A stretch of 64,000 bases of DNA from Eledone cirrhosa. Lineage: Eukaryota. Shown in pieces: positions 16,637 to 27,963 of this stretch. Under the pieces are notes generated by a model. It was not told the DNA's origin. It ran no database searches and saw nothing but the letters and a program-made list of their open reading frames with translations. The DNA is taken from NCBI GenBank assembly GCA_964016885.1, contig OZ024761.1:10106001-10170000 (forward strand). The letters are read 5' to 3'. Made by a program: the position numbers and the translations under genes. Position 1 is the first letter of the stretch; each line of letters opens with the position of its first letter.

Positions 16637-17050
16637 CCGGGAGAGATGACCCCTTAGCCTTTGTCAAGGCAGAATTCTAGGAGAAGGAAAACTCTGATAT
16701 AACACCTGCAACCCTGATGGTATCCAATGATGTTGATTTGTTCTTCTTTTTGGTAAATATCATCTTGGTTATGAGAGTGGGACTGGCTTTGTGCAGTGCC
16801 TTTGCTCACTATAAAAGCTTCACGGCACAGGCATTGCTTTATATCAGGAGATCTCTCTGCACTTGTCGTCACATGGTACCATGGGCCCAGCACTATGTGT
16901 CAGTAATTGTCACAAGTGTAGTGTTTGTACCAGAGTTTTCAAGTCGCTGGCTGGACTAAAAAGTCACACTCGTTCAGCGCATCGGTAGGGGTTCTCCTAC
17001 ATGGATATAAAGTAGTGGCCGTACTCGAAAACGAGTTGGCATCCACCATG
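16637..17050 (+). mobile_element. Non-autonomous RTE-like element Z, copy 1 (RTE-like 5' UTR fused to a C2H2-finger 3' end)
   Basis: 5' GGGAGAGATGACCCCTTAG..CTAGGAGAAGGAAAACTCTGA. 3' part encodes [26 protein letters not shown]. Flanked by TA-type repeats. Three copies in the window. Confidence 0.8.
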
Positions 17051-17084
17051 TATGTATATATATATATATGTATATATATATATG

Positions 17085-17212
<128 letters not shown>

Positions 17213-17336
17213 ATATATATAAATGGCTTCTACAGGACTGTATTAAATATTTATATTCTGCTATGTATTGAGTACCTTACTTACTGGGGTTACCCCCGAT
17301 TGAACCCGGGATAAACATATATATATATATATATTT

Positions 17337-17551
17337 ATAATCGTTTCTACTATAGGCACAAGGCCAGTCATTTGGGGAGAGGGGGAAGTCGATTAAATGG
17401 ACCCCAGTGCATTACTGGTACTTTATTTTATCGACCCTGTAAGGATGAAAGGCAAAGTTAACCTCGGCAGGATTTGAACTCAGACCGTAAAGGGACGTAA
17501 GTCTATGCTGAAAAGCATGGCGTCCGAGCCTCTACTGATACTGCCAATCCA
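17337..17551 (-). mobile_element. SINE family S (long variant with GGGGAAGTCGATT insert)
   Basis: Reverse complement of the 6503-6692 element plus an extra ~30-nt block. Confidence 0.88.
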
Positions 17552-17668
17552 TGTGTGACGCGCGTTTCGCAATTTATCAGCTCAAGGTTCGATCTCTATC
17601 GATCGGACCCGACTCTGGAATCAAAAACTCAGACGCAATGACGGAATGATTCCCGTATAGAGTTTAAA

Positions 17669-17699
<31 letters not shown>

Positions 17700-18578
17700 T
17701 TGTAATGAGTTACTGCCTGACGGTTGAGCTCTTGCCGTTTCGTCTGGCAGTAACTCATTACAATACCTACACATACATTCCTTTACTGGTTTAAGTCTTC
17801 AATTCTTATAGAAATATCAGGTTTGGGCGCAAGAGTTCCATTGCCTTCTTCGGTAGTCTCCTTCTGTTCCTGGGTAGTCTCCTCTTGTCTCTGAGTAGTA
17901 CCGTCAAGTCAATAGCGGCCATTTTTTAGTGGGATCTATGGTCTGGCACCTGTTAATTTGCCGTCCTTCCGTCTGTTGAGATATACATAAACCCCTCTCT
18001 CTCTCTCTCTATGCCCATATAAAGATAAAGAATTGAACGGCCCAAAACAAACTCCAAGCCGTTCGACTATGATGCGATTCATCTAATCACCAGCATCATC
18101 ATCACCTTTATTGCCATCACCATTCAACTTATGTTTCTTCTCTCTCTCTTTCTCTATCATCCACAATCAAGTAAGTACATACACTTACAAACACAGGAAG
18201 ACAGGCATATTAAAACAACACACACACACACGCACGCACACACACACACACACACACACAAAACCAGTGCACACACACTCAGGAAGAGATAGATTCATCA
18301 GACACGTGAACGTCTGCTTCAATGAAATTCAATAAGAAATTGTCGGCCATTTTGGTTTCTTCATCATCAAGCAAGCTCCAGAGTTTGTCGTTTCTTCCTG
18401 ACTGCTGCTGTTACTGCTACTACTGTTGTTATTGTTGTTGCTGTTGCTTCTCTTGTTGTTGTAGTTGTTGTTGTTGTAGCCACTGCTGCTGCTGCCTGAC
18501 ATGCCTTACTGCTGCTATAAAAAGAAACTTACTGAGTTAGGTCGCTGACAGATGATATAAAAATAAGCGAATAATAAG

Positions 18579-18610
<32 letters not shown>

Positions 18611-19689
18611 CACACTCACACACACACTCACTCACACACTCTCTCTCTCACACATACATAATAGTTTCAGAGATATATTTGCCACACACAAACAGACACA
18701 CACACATACACATGTATGTACGTACGTGTAGTGTTATATTTCTCACTCATATACAATATGCATGAGTGTATGCGTGTGTTACATATCATACATATAATTA
18801 CATTTTTACACGTATACATATATAATACATATTACACATATATAATACATATTATTACATTTATTTTTATGCCTTTTTAATATTATTATTTTACTGCTAA
18901 ATATAATAACATCATCATTTCGTAAATGTCTGATGTCGCTAACATATATATTTCTATCGCCTCCTCATTTTATCTCTTCCTCTCTCTCCGCCTCCTCCTC
19001 CTCTCTCACTCCCCAATTCTTCCCCTCTGTTTCCCTCTCTCTCTCTCTCTCTCACTCTCTCTCCTTTCCTTTTTCCTTTTTCAATAATACCTTCTTTTTT
19101 CACACAGCGCAGCATCTTCCTACTCTTTTAAAAAGGTTTAAAAGATAAAAGAGAGGGGAAAAAATAAAACAAACTAAAAAGTATCAGCAAATAAATAAAT
19201 AAATAGATAAAAATAAACACCTTTTTTTATTTCTCTCAGTTCTGCTTGTTTGCTGTACAGAGGCCATCATGTTTTTACACATCTATCTATCTATCTATCT
19301 ATCTATCTATAACTATCTGTCAATATATTTATCTATCAGTCTGTCTATCTACCCATCAATCGTTCGATCGATCTGTTTATCTGTCTATTTATCTATCTGT
19401 TTATTATCACTTGATCAAAGAAATTTTATATATATATATATATTCCGCCTGTTCACCACTTTATCATGCCATAGACAGACATAAGTATAGAAAGAGGTAC
19501 ACCTACATATTTATGAATGTGTGGGTGTAATGTAATACCACCCCCATGTACAAAATTGCATTGCCCAAGGGTGGCTGATGAGGAAGAGAGGTGCTTTTAT
19601 TCGTTCATCGCACGTATTTCGTTTTTTCGTACAACTTTGCTACACGCACACACATACATATGTATGTGTGTGTGTGTGTGTATATATAT

Positions 19690-22210
19690 CTATCTAAGGC
19701 GGGTAAAATTCCCGAGATCCATGGACGAGTTCTCTCCAGCGGTCTCTGTCCCTCATTATCGCTGCCATATCCTGCATCTCCAACAGACCAGTGTCTGTCC
19801 TTAGGGCATCAACATATGTTAACCTTGGTCTTCCTCTTCTAGTGTGTCCATGTAGGGGCTCCCAAAGGAGCACTGAGTGCAATGTCAACTCTGGATGTCG
19901 GTGAGCATGTCCAGCCAACCTCAGTCTCCTCTGTGTCACTTTTGAGCTGACTTTTGGGATGCTCCCATACAGCTCTGAGTTTTTCATCCTCAGTGTATAC
20001 TGATTAATGTTCAGAGCCATCCTCAGCATTCTCGTGTAGCACCCATCCACCATCTGAGTGAGTCTCTTGGTCAGTGTCCAAGTCTCAGACCCATACAGCA
20101 GCACAGACTCCACTACAGCAATGAAGAGGCGGATTTTCAGGTCTCTACGAAGGTCCGACTTCCACACCGATCTCAAGCTGTGACACGCCGCCCAGGCCTT
20201 GCTCTTCCTCTCAACCACATCATCTTCCGTATTCCCAATCTTTGCTCCCAAATACAGGAAGTCCTCAACCAATTCCAGCGGCTTCCCGCCTACATTAGTG
20301 ATCCCCTCTGGCTTCTCAACATTCTCTACCAGATATTTTGTTTTAGTCTCATTCATTCTCAGCCCCACACTCATCGACACAGTCTCAACCTCCCGCATCA
20401 AATCCTCTGCCTCCTTCACTGTATTTGTCACCAAAACTATGTCGTCGGCAAATTCAGCATCCGATACCTTTTTCGCCCCAACTCTCCTGCTCTGAGCCGG
20501 TGCTACAGTAAAGCCAGTGTCCTGGTGTTTCTCCAGTGCAAGGCGCATACAATAGTCCACTACGATGATAAAAAGGTAGGGAGCCAATGTATCTCCCTGG
20601 AGCACTCCAGCCAGTATCTCAAAGAACTCTGTCATCCCATCAGGTGTAATGACTTGGGCTTTGGTGTTGGTGTAGAGCAGTGATATCAGGTCCACTATCC
20701 TCTTGGGGATTCCATAAGCCTGTAAGATCTTCATCAGGCAGTAACGGTCCACAGAATCAAAGGCCTTCCTAAAGTCAATGAAAACCATGACCGCAGGAAG
20801 GCACTTTGCTCTAGCTCCCTCTAATATCCTCCTCATCATCAGGATGTGACTAGTGGTTGATCTACCCTCTCTGAAGCCGTTCTGGTTGTCCCTGAGCTTC
20901 TTCTCCATCTCAGGCTGGATCCTGTTAAGAATCATCCTGTTGAGGGTCTTTGCCACAAGTGACGTCAGTGAGATCCCCCGGTAGTTGTTGGTGTTAGAGA
21001 GATCTCCCTTCTTTGGCACTGGGACGATGTTACTGATCCTCCACTGATTCGGGGCAACTCCTTTCTCCAGTGCCCCGTTACAGAACCCCAGGATGATATC
21101 AAAATCACACCTCTTCATCACCTCTGATGCCACTCCATCTTCTCCATGAGCCTTGCCCTCCTTGATCTTCTTCTTGGCTCTCTGAAGCTCCTCTCTAGTG
21201 AAGGGCTCTGTCTCAACATCCAGTTCCTCAAACAGCCGCCTGATCTCCCCAGTGCTCTGGGCTGTGGAGGGTGGCCCTCCTAGTAGGGTCCTAAAATGGT
21301 CTAGCCATTTCCTCTTCCTATCCTCGGGCCCCGTTCCCTGGATCTGACTCGAACACCTTTTCTTCCTCCCTGTGATCTCGTTGATGATCATCCAGCTCTC
21401 CTTACATCCAGATCTGTCAACCGCTCTCTCCACACTTCTGATCTTCTCTATCAGTGCCTCCTCTCTGACCTCAGTGTAAGCGGTACAGAGCTCTTCCCTC
21501 ATCACCTCCACAGTCTCCATCCTCTCCTCCGTAGGATCAGCATAGAATTGGTCCCTGGCAGCTTTCAGGTGTTCTCTGGCTGCACACACTTTTGGGTTTG
21601 CAGAGCTGACGTGCTTCCCTTTGTTCTTTTTCCTCGGCACCAGGGTTTCACTTGCTTTCGCCACTGCATTAGTGAAGTGCCCGTACCTCCTCGTCACACT
21701 CTCCTCAGTCCATCCAATCTCTCTCTCCTCTGACTCTCCACACAGAGCACTAAACCTGTTTCTCACTTCCACTGTGAACCTCTCCTGTAGCTTATCATCT
21801 TCCTTGAAAGCTCCCCAGTCATAGATTGTTCTCCGGGGCTGAGCCTTGCTCTTTCTTAAGCTCACGCGGACCTCACTCATAACAAGCCGGTGGTCACTAC
21901 CCAGTGTACTGAAATAGCTGTATGGTTCCGTGTTCAGAACACTATTCCGCCACTTTTTCCTCACCAGAATGAAATCAATCTGGGACTTGGACAGGTGCAT
22001 ATCTGAGATGTAGGTCCACATCTTCCCCAGATTCTTCCTAAACCTTAGGTTGGTCGCCATCAAGTTCGCCTCCAGCAGGGTGTCTCTCAGTAGTCTTCCA
22101 TTTCGGTTGGTGTTGTTATGGAAGTACCAGCAAGGATCTTCACTGCCCTCCTTACTCAGATGTGCATTGAAGTCCCCCAAAACAAGCAGGATATTGTGTG
22201 CCTGAGTGGT
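19690..22210 (-). mobile_element. RTE LINE insertion into a (TG)n/(TA)n microsatellite
   Basis: The stop codon runs directly into a TAGA/TA tail, and the 5' truncation abuts (TA)n. GC content is much higher than the flanks. Confidence 0.92.
19694..22210 (-). CDS. RTE-clade non-LTR retrotransposon ORF (C-terminal part of AP-endonuclease plus reverse transcriptase), 5'-truncated
   Basis: ORF track 19694..22294. The first 28 aa are translated (TA)n, so real sequence starts ~22210. APE motifs LGDFNAH, QIDFIL and SDHRLV. RT motifs PVPKKGD, NYRGISL, QNGFR, FIDFRKAFDSV, GVLQGDTLAPYLF, EFADDIVL and FLYLG. C-terminal RRGRPRLTYVD is typical of RTE. No internal stops or frameshifts. Confidence 0.95.
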   Translation of the reverse strand, partial: TTQAHNILLVLGDFNAHLSKEGSEDPCWYFHNNTNRNGRLLRDTLLEANLMATNLRFRKNLGKMWTYISDMHLSKSQIDFILVRKKWRNSVLNTEPYSYFSTLGSDHRLVMSEVRVSLRKSKAQPRRTIYDWGAFKEDDKLQERFTVEVRNRFSALCGESEEREIGWTEESVTRRYGHFTNAVAKASETLVPRKKNKGKHVSSANPKVCAAREHLKAARDQFYADPTEERMETVEVMREELCTAYTEVREEALIEKIRSVERAVDRSGCKESWMIINEITGRKKRCSSQIQGTGPEDRKRKWLDHFRTLLGGPPSTAQSTGEIRRLFEELDVETEPFTREELQRAKKKIKEGKAHGEDGVASEVMKRCDFDIILGFCNGALEKGVAPNQWRISNIVPVPKKGDLSNTNNYRGISLTSLVAKTLNRMILNRIQPEMEKKLRDNQNGFREGRSTTSHILMMRRILEGARAKCLPAVMVFIDFRKAFDSVDRYCLMKILQAYGIPKRIVDLISLLYTNTKAQVITPDGMTEFFEILAGVLQGDTLAPYLFIIVVDYCMRLALEKHQDTGFTVAPAQSRRVGAKKVSDAEFADDIVLVTNTVKEAEDLMREVETVSMSVGLRMNETKTKYLVENVEKPEGITNVGGKPLELVEDFLYLGAKIGNTEDDVVERKSKAWAACHSLRSVWKSDLRRDLKIRLFIAVVESVLLYGSETWTLTKRLTQMVDGCYTRMLRMALNINQYTLRMKNSELYGSIPKVSSKVTQRRLRLAGHAHRHPELTLHSVLLWEPLHGHTRRGRPRLTYVDALRTDTGLLEMQDMAAIMRDRDRWRELVHGSREFYPP

Positions 22211-22241
22211 GTATATATATATATGTGTGTATATATATATA

Positions 22242-22293
<52 letters not shown>

Positions 22294-22296
<3 letters not shown>

Positions 22297-22360
22297 TGGC
22301 GGACTGGGTCTAAAAATATTTGTTGCCAGGAGATGAAGGGGCCCACCTACATATAGAATG
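22294..22360 (+). mobile_element. hAT-like DNA transposon terminus
   Basis: CAGTGGCGGACTGGG start plus a GGGGCCC subterminal motif. The other end was not found. Confidence 0.5.
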
Positions 22361-22510
22361 CTATTATTTAATTTTTATAATGAATAAATAACATTTTCGA
22401 AAAGTACATAAGTGGAAACAAAACAGTGCAATCAAATTTTTGCGGAAAAATATCTTACCTTCTCCAGTAAAAAATATTAAGTATTTTGTGAAATCCAGAG
22501 ACTTTCAATA

Positions 22511-22979
22511 ATGACCAGAGGTCGACCCTAAATATTACTAATAACTCTAGGAAAGCCATGAACGACACCACATTTTTTAAACTTTGATTTTGAAAGTAGG
22601 TTTATAATTATCATTTTTTATTATACTTTTGTAGCTGTCTCGGTAGCCTAGTTGGAGGAATCATAGACGGTGGTGATCGTGGTCTGAAGTTCGATCCTGA
22701 TCGGTAGTAGGGTTTCAGTAAACCTTTTCAGTTTTTTTCTATTGGTTGTAAAATAAAAACTGAAAAAGGTTACATGTACCTCTTGACCAGGATTGAACCC
22801 AAGGCCAGGATCTCTACCGTCTCTAGTACCTACCGCTAGGCCACACAGACAACTACGAAAATATTATGAAAATTCATACTTATAAACCTACTTTCAAAAT
22901 TTTCAAAACAAAATGTTGTGGTGTCGTTCATGTCTCTCTTAATGTTATTGTTCTTGTTTAAGGTCGACTTCTAAATCAT
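22511..22979. mobile_element. Diverged palindromic element with two converging tRNA-like (A/B box) units
   Basis: GTCGAC..CATGAACGACACCAC..TTTTGAAAGTAGGTTTATAA on the left is mirrored on the right. A/B boxes at ~22634-22710 (+) and ~22778-22856 (-). Confidence 0.65.
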
Positions 22980-23432
22980 TTGGGTATTCCATAAATTACA
23001 TCCTCGTTTTGTTTCACATCTATCTAGACTATATTTTAACCTGTTATCCATGTTTTAACCTGTTATAAAATAGAACATAAGAGCAAATTAGAGAACATAG
23101 AAATAAAAATAGAATCTACACACAGAAAAGACGCAATGTTTAGACAAATCACAGAGGCAATAAACATAAATGAACTCCAACCAAAATTAAATAGAAAACA
23201 TGAATGGAATAGCACATCACAACTTACAATTAAGGACAAAAAGAAAACACACACACACATAGAACAAACAACCAACCAGTAACATGTAAATAAACAAATA
23301 AATAAACAAATATAAACACACACAAACACCCGGATGTAACACATGTGCAAACTAAGCACGCAACACACACAAAAACAAGATGGCGTAGGGCGGAACAAAG
23401 GAGAGGCATAAAAACAAAGAAAAGAATCCCCA

Positions 23433-23475
23433 GTCACTGAAGAGGTCACAGAATGTGTGACGAAAGAACTTTGAC
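23433..23475 (+). ncRNA. Minimal hammerhead (family H1)
   Basis: GUCA-CUGAAGA-G-GUCACA-GAAUG-UGUGAC-GAAA-G-AA-C-U-U-UGAC: stem I GUCA/UGAC, 6-bp stem II. Decayed homolog at ~35148-35186. Confidence 0.7.
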
Positions 23476-23619
23476 AATATATGAACAACCGTCCGGTTAT
23501 GGAACCAACCAACCGGAAATTTATAAATTCTTAAATTTATAAATTTTATTTATAATAAATTGGAGTGAAAGCAACTGGTGCGTGTGTTTCTTATTGGCAA
23601 CATGACCCTCACAAAGCAT

Positions 23620-23667
<48 letters not shown>

Positions 23668-23974
23668 GTGTGTGTGTGTGTGTATATCTATATATATATG
23701 TGTGTGTATATCTATATATATATGTGTGTGTATATATATATATATATATGTGTATATATATATATATATGTATATATAGATATATGTGTGTATATATATA
23801 TATATGTGTATATATATATATGTGTATATATATCTATATATATATGTGTGTGTGTATATATACATATATATATATGTGCGTGTATATACATATATATATA
23901 TGTGTGTATATATATATATATATGTGTGTGTGTGTATATATATATGTATATGTATATATATGTGTGTGTGTATA

Positions 23975-24084
<110 letters not shown>

Positions 24085-24200
24085 AATTGAAACAAAATGA
24101 AAACGAAATTTCATTTCTCACTCTTAGTATGGCACTTACTTAAATGTAAGTATGCATGTATACGTACATACATATATGTATACAGACGTACAGTAGCATG

Positions 24201-24234
<34 letters not shown>

Positions 24235-24410
24235 TATATACATATATATATACATATGCATACAGGTACACATACATATATGCACGTATCAGTTTAGCGG
24301 CGCTTATTATAACGTCGCTTTGTTCGTTTGTAAACAAACTGAACAGCCTGAATTTATGCCATACGGTGTTAAGGCAACCACGTCACCCTTTTGTTCAACA
24401 CTGACACAGG

Positions 24411-24455
24411 AACGATGTACTAGTTTCAAGCTTGTTAGCTATCATCAGCACCGTT
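24411..24455 (-). ncRNA. Hammerhead H2, inverted copy
   Basis: Reverse complement of 24982-25026 with one loop-II change. Confidence 0.85.
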
Positions 24456-24981
24456 TACCCATCTGCCAGACAGTTGAACGTTCGAAAGTATATACTTTCC
24501 TTATGAAAATTAACGGCTGAGCAGCCTAATTTGCATATTGAGTGAGTTAAATCGGTCAGGCATACCGAAAACGATAAATTGAAACAAAATGAAAACGAAA
24601 TTTCATTTCTCACTCTTAGTATGGCACTTACTTAAATGTACGTATGCATGTATACGTACATACATATATGTATACAGACGTACAGTAGCATGCACATATA
24701 TATATATATTATATACATATATATATACATATGCATACAGGTACACATACATATATGCACGTATCAGTTTAGCGGCGCTTATTATAACGTCGCTTTGTTC
24801 GTTTGTAAACAAACTGAACAGCCTGAATTTATGCCATTTTGTTTTCATTTTGTTTCAATTTATCGTTTTCGGTATGCCTGACCGATTTAACTCACTCAAT
24901 ATGCAAATTAGGCTGCTCAGCCGTTAATTTTCATAAGGAAAGTATATACTTTCGAACGTTCAACTGTCTGGCAGATGGGTA

Positions 24982-25026
24982 AACGGTGCTGATGATAGCT
25001 AATAAGCTTGAAACTAGTACATCGTT
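24982..25026 (+). ncRNA. Minimal type-I hammerhead ribozyme (family H2)
   Basis: AACGGUG-CUGAUGA-U-AGCU-AAUA-AGCU-U-GAAA-C-UA-G-U-A-CAUCGUU: 7-bp stem I, 4-bp stem II, palindromic ACUAGU stem III, GUA site. Confidence 0.85.
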
Positions 25027-25417
25027 CCTGTGTCAGTGTTGAACAAAAGGGTGACGTGGTTGCCTTAACACCGTATGGCATAAATTCAGGCTGTTCAGTT
25101 TGTTTACAAACGAACAAAGCGACGTTATAATAAGCGCCGCTAAACTGATACGTGCATATATGTATGTGTACCTGTATGCATATGTATATATATATGTATA
25201 TATATATATATATGTGCATGCTACTGTACGTCTGTATACATATATGTATGTACGTATACATGCATACTTATATATATATATATATATATATATTTCTTGT
25301 ATTGGCAACATGACCCTCCCAAAGTATAACAATATATATATATACATATATATATATACACACACACATATATATATATACACACATATATATATACATA
25401 TATACACACACACACAC

Positions 25418-25452
<35 letters not shown>

Positions 25453-25594
25453 ACGAAGGAAATGTGGTAAGGAACCAGGTGGACCATAACGCACCAAAGT
25501 ACTCAATACTTGAGGTAGTAGAGTGGGTAATAGGAACCAGTAAGACCCCGACAGCTGAGCTCAAGCCGTTTCGACGGCTAATTCTGGACTCAGA

Positions 25595-25706
<112 letters not shown>

Positions 25707-25759
25707 ATATGTATAAACAATATATTAATAAATGGAAACTATATTTATAAAACCATATT

Positions 25760-25825
25760 TATTTTATTATATATATTTCAAGGGCAACCAAGGCAAATTA
25801 TGGTGCGCTTTCATCAGATAAAATA
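25760..25825 (-). ncRNA. Hammerhead H3, inverted arm
   Basis: Reverse complement of 25952-26017. Confidence 0.75.
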
Positions 25826-25951
25826 CAGATTTGTTTTATAAATAAATATTGACATACCCGGAAAAAAGACAACCTTAACGGTTGAAGCTTCCTTGATAAA
25901 AAGGTTGTCTTTTTTCCGTGTATGCCAATATTTATTTATAAAACAAATCTG

Positions 25952-26017
25952 TATTTTATCTGATGAAAGCGCACTATAATTTGCCATGGTTGCCCTTGAA
26001 ATATATATAATAAAATA
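25952..26017 (+). ncRNA. Minimal type-I hammerhead (family H3)
   Basis: UAUUUUAU-CUGAUGA-AAG.GCA..UGC.CUU-GAAA-U-AUAU-A-U-A-AUAAAAUA: 8-bp stem I, palindromic stem III, AUA site. Confidence 0.75.
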
Positions 26018-26160
26018 AATATGGTTTTACAAATATAGTTTCCATTTATTAATATATTGTGTATTTACTCCACTAACTGTTGAGTACTTTATATCAGTTA
26101 TAAAAAATGTTTAAGCTTGTTGAATCCCAACAAATTAAATATAACCTTTGCATATATGTA

Positions 26161-26202
<42 letters not shown>

Positions 26203-26203
26203 C

Positions 26204-26267
<64 letters not shown>

Positions 26268-26293
26268 ATATATCTATATATATATGCAAAGGT

Positions 26294-26416
<123 letters not shown>

Positions 26417-26828
26417 CTGGGAGAGATGACCCTTAGCCTTTGTCAAGGCAGAATTCTAGGAGAAGGAAACTCTGATATAACACCTGCAACCCTGATGGTA
26501 TCCAATGATGTTGACTTGTTCTTCTTTTTGGTAAATATCATCTTGGTTAAGAGAGTGGGACTGGCTTTGTGCAGTGCCTTTGCTCATTATAAAAGCTTCA
26601 CGGCACAGGCATTGCTTTGTATCTGGAGATCTCTCTGCACTTGTCGTCACATGGTGCCATGGGCCCAGTACTATGTGTCAATAATTGTCACAAGTGTAGT
26701 GTTTTTACCAGAGTTTTCAAGTAGCTGGCTGGACTAAAAAGTCACACTCGTTCAGCGCATCGGTGGGGGTTCTCTTACATGGATATAAAGTAGTGGCCGT
26801 ACTCGAAAATGAGTTGGCAGCCACCATG
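26417..26828 (+). mobile_element. Element Z, copy 2
   Basis: Near-identical to 16637-17050 with the same 5' and 3' ends, and (TA)n on both sides. Confidence 0.85.
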
Positions 26829-26971
<143 letters not shown>

Positions 26972-27022
26972 GTATATTTATATATATATGTGTGTGTATA
27001 TGTATATATATGTGTGTGTGTG

Positions 27023-27071
<49 letters not shown>

Positions 27072-27238
27072 GTGTGTGTATGTATATATATATATATGTA
27101 TATATATATGTGTATATATATATGTGTATATATATATGTGTATATATATATGTATATATATATATGTGTGTATATATATGTATATATATATATATATGTG
27201 TATATATGTATATATATATATATATGTATATATATATG

Positions 27239-27271
<33 letters not shown>

Positions 27272-27272
27272 G

Positions 27273-27312
<40 letters not shown>

Positions 27313-27486
27313 TGTATATATATATATGTATGTATATATATATGTATATATATATGTATATATATATATGTGTGTATATATATATGTATATGTGTGTATA
27401 TATATATATATATGTATATATATATGTGTGTATATATATATGTGTATATATATGTATTAATATATATATATGTGTGTGTATACATA

Positions 27487-27563
<77 letters not shown>

Positions 27564-27580
27564 ATATATATATATATATA

Positions 27581-27638
<58 letters not shown>

Positions 27639-27720
27639 GTAAACAGAAATAATAACACAATAGGTACAGTATATGGAAGGAATATATTAAGTGTTAACGC
27701 TTGAAATAGCAGGAAGAGGG

Positions 27721-27756
27721 TCTTAACGTTTGGGACGCTAGTCCTTCATCAGGAAA
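27721..27756 (-). ncRNA. Hammerhead H4, second copy (GAAA changed to CAAA)
   Basis: CUGAUGA-A-GGAC-UAGC-GUCC-CAAA-CGUU-AAGA, within element 27633-27850 which is homologous to 34832-35055. Confidence 0.65.
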
Positions 27757-27963
27757 AAGAATCAGAAATTAGAAAGATTGAAGGGACGGTCAGGGTGGAA
27801 TTGGAAAACATGTTTTTAGAGAAAAATAACAGGTCCACTCATGTTATCTCTTGGACAATTTAGAAAACGGAGTGAAGACACAAACACAAGGACAATTCCT
27901 GTTCATTGGTTGTCTTCTGTGGATCAATAAAGTTTGGATTATCCACAGAAGACAGGGATGAGC

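Larger units (their letters stand above)
25715..26151. mobile_element. Fold-back hammerhead element H3
   Basis: Arms ~25715-25877 and ~25901-26060 are inverted, and both ends lie in (TA)n. Confidence 0.8.

Noticed and set aside
16637-16700. HDV-like ribozyme at the 5' end of element Z
   Set aside because: Expected for some RTE elements, but I could not build the nested double pseudoknot by eye.
17790-18540. Possible minus-strand exons (acceptor-like sites near 17972 and 18515)
   Set aside because: No recognisable protein, stops in candidate frames and no clear donors. It may be UTR or lncRNA, but that cannot be supported from sequence alone.
19678-22220. TSD GTGTATATATAT around the LINE
   Set aside because: Indistinguishable from the surrounding microsatellite.
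22211-22294. Apparent N-terminus MYIYIY.. of the LINE ORF
   Set aside because: In-frame flanking microsatellite, not element sequence.
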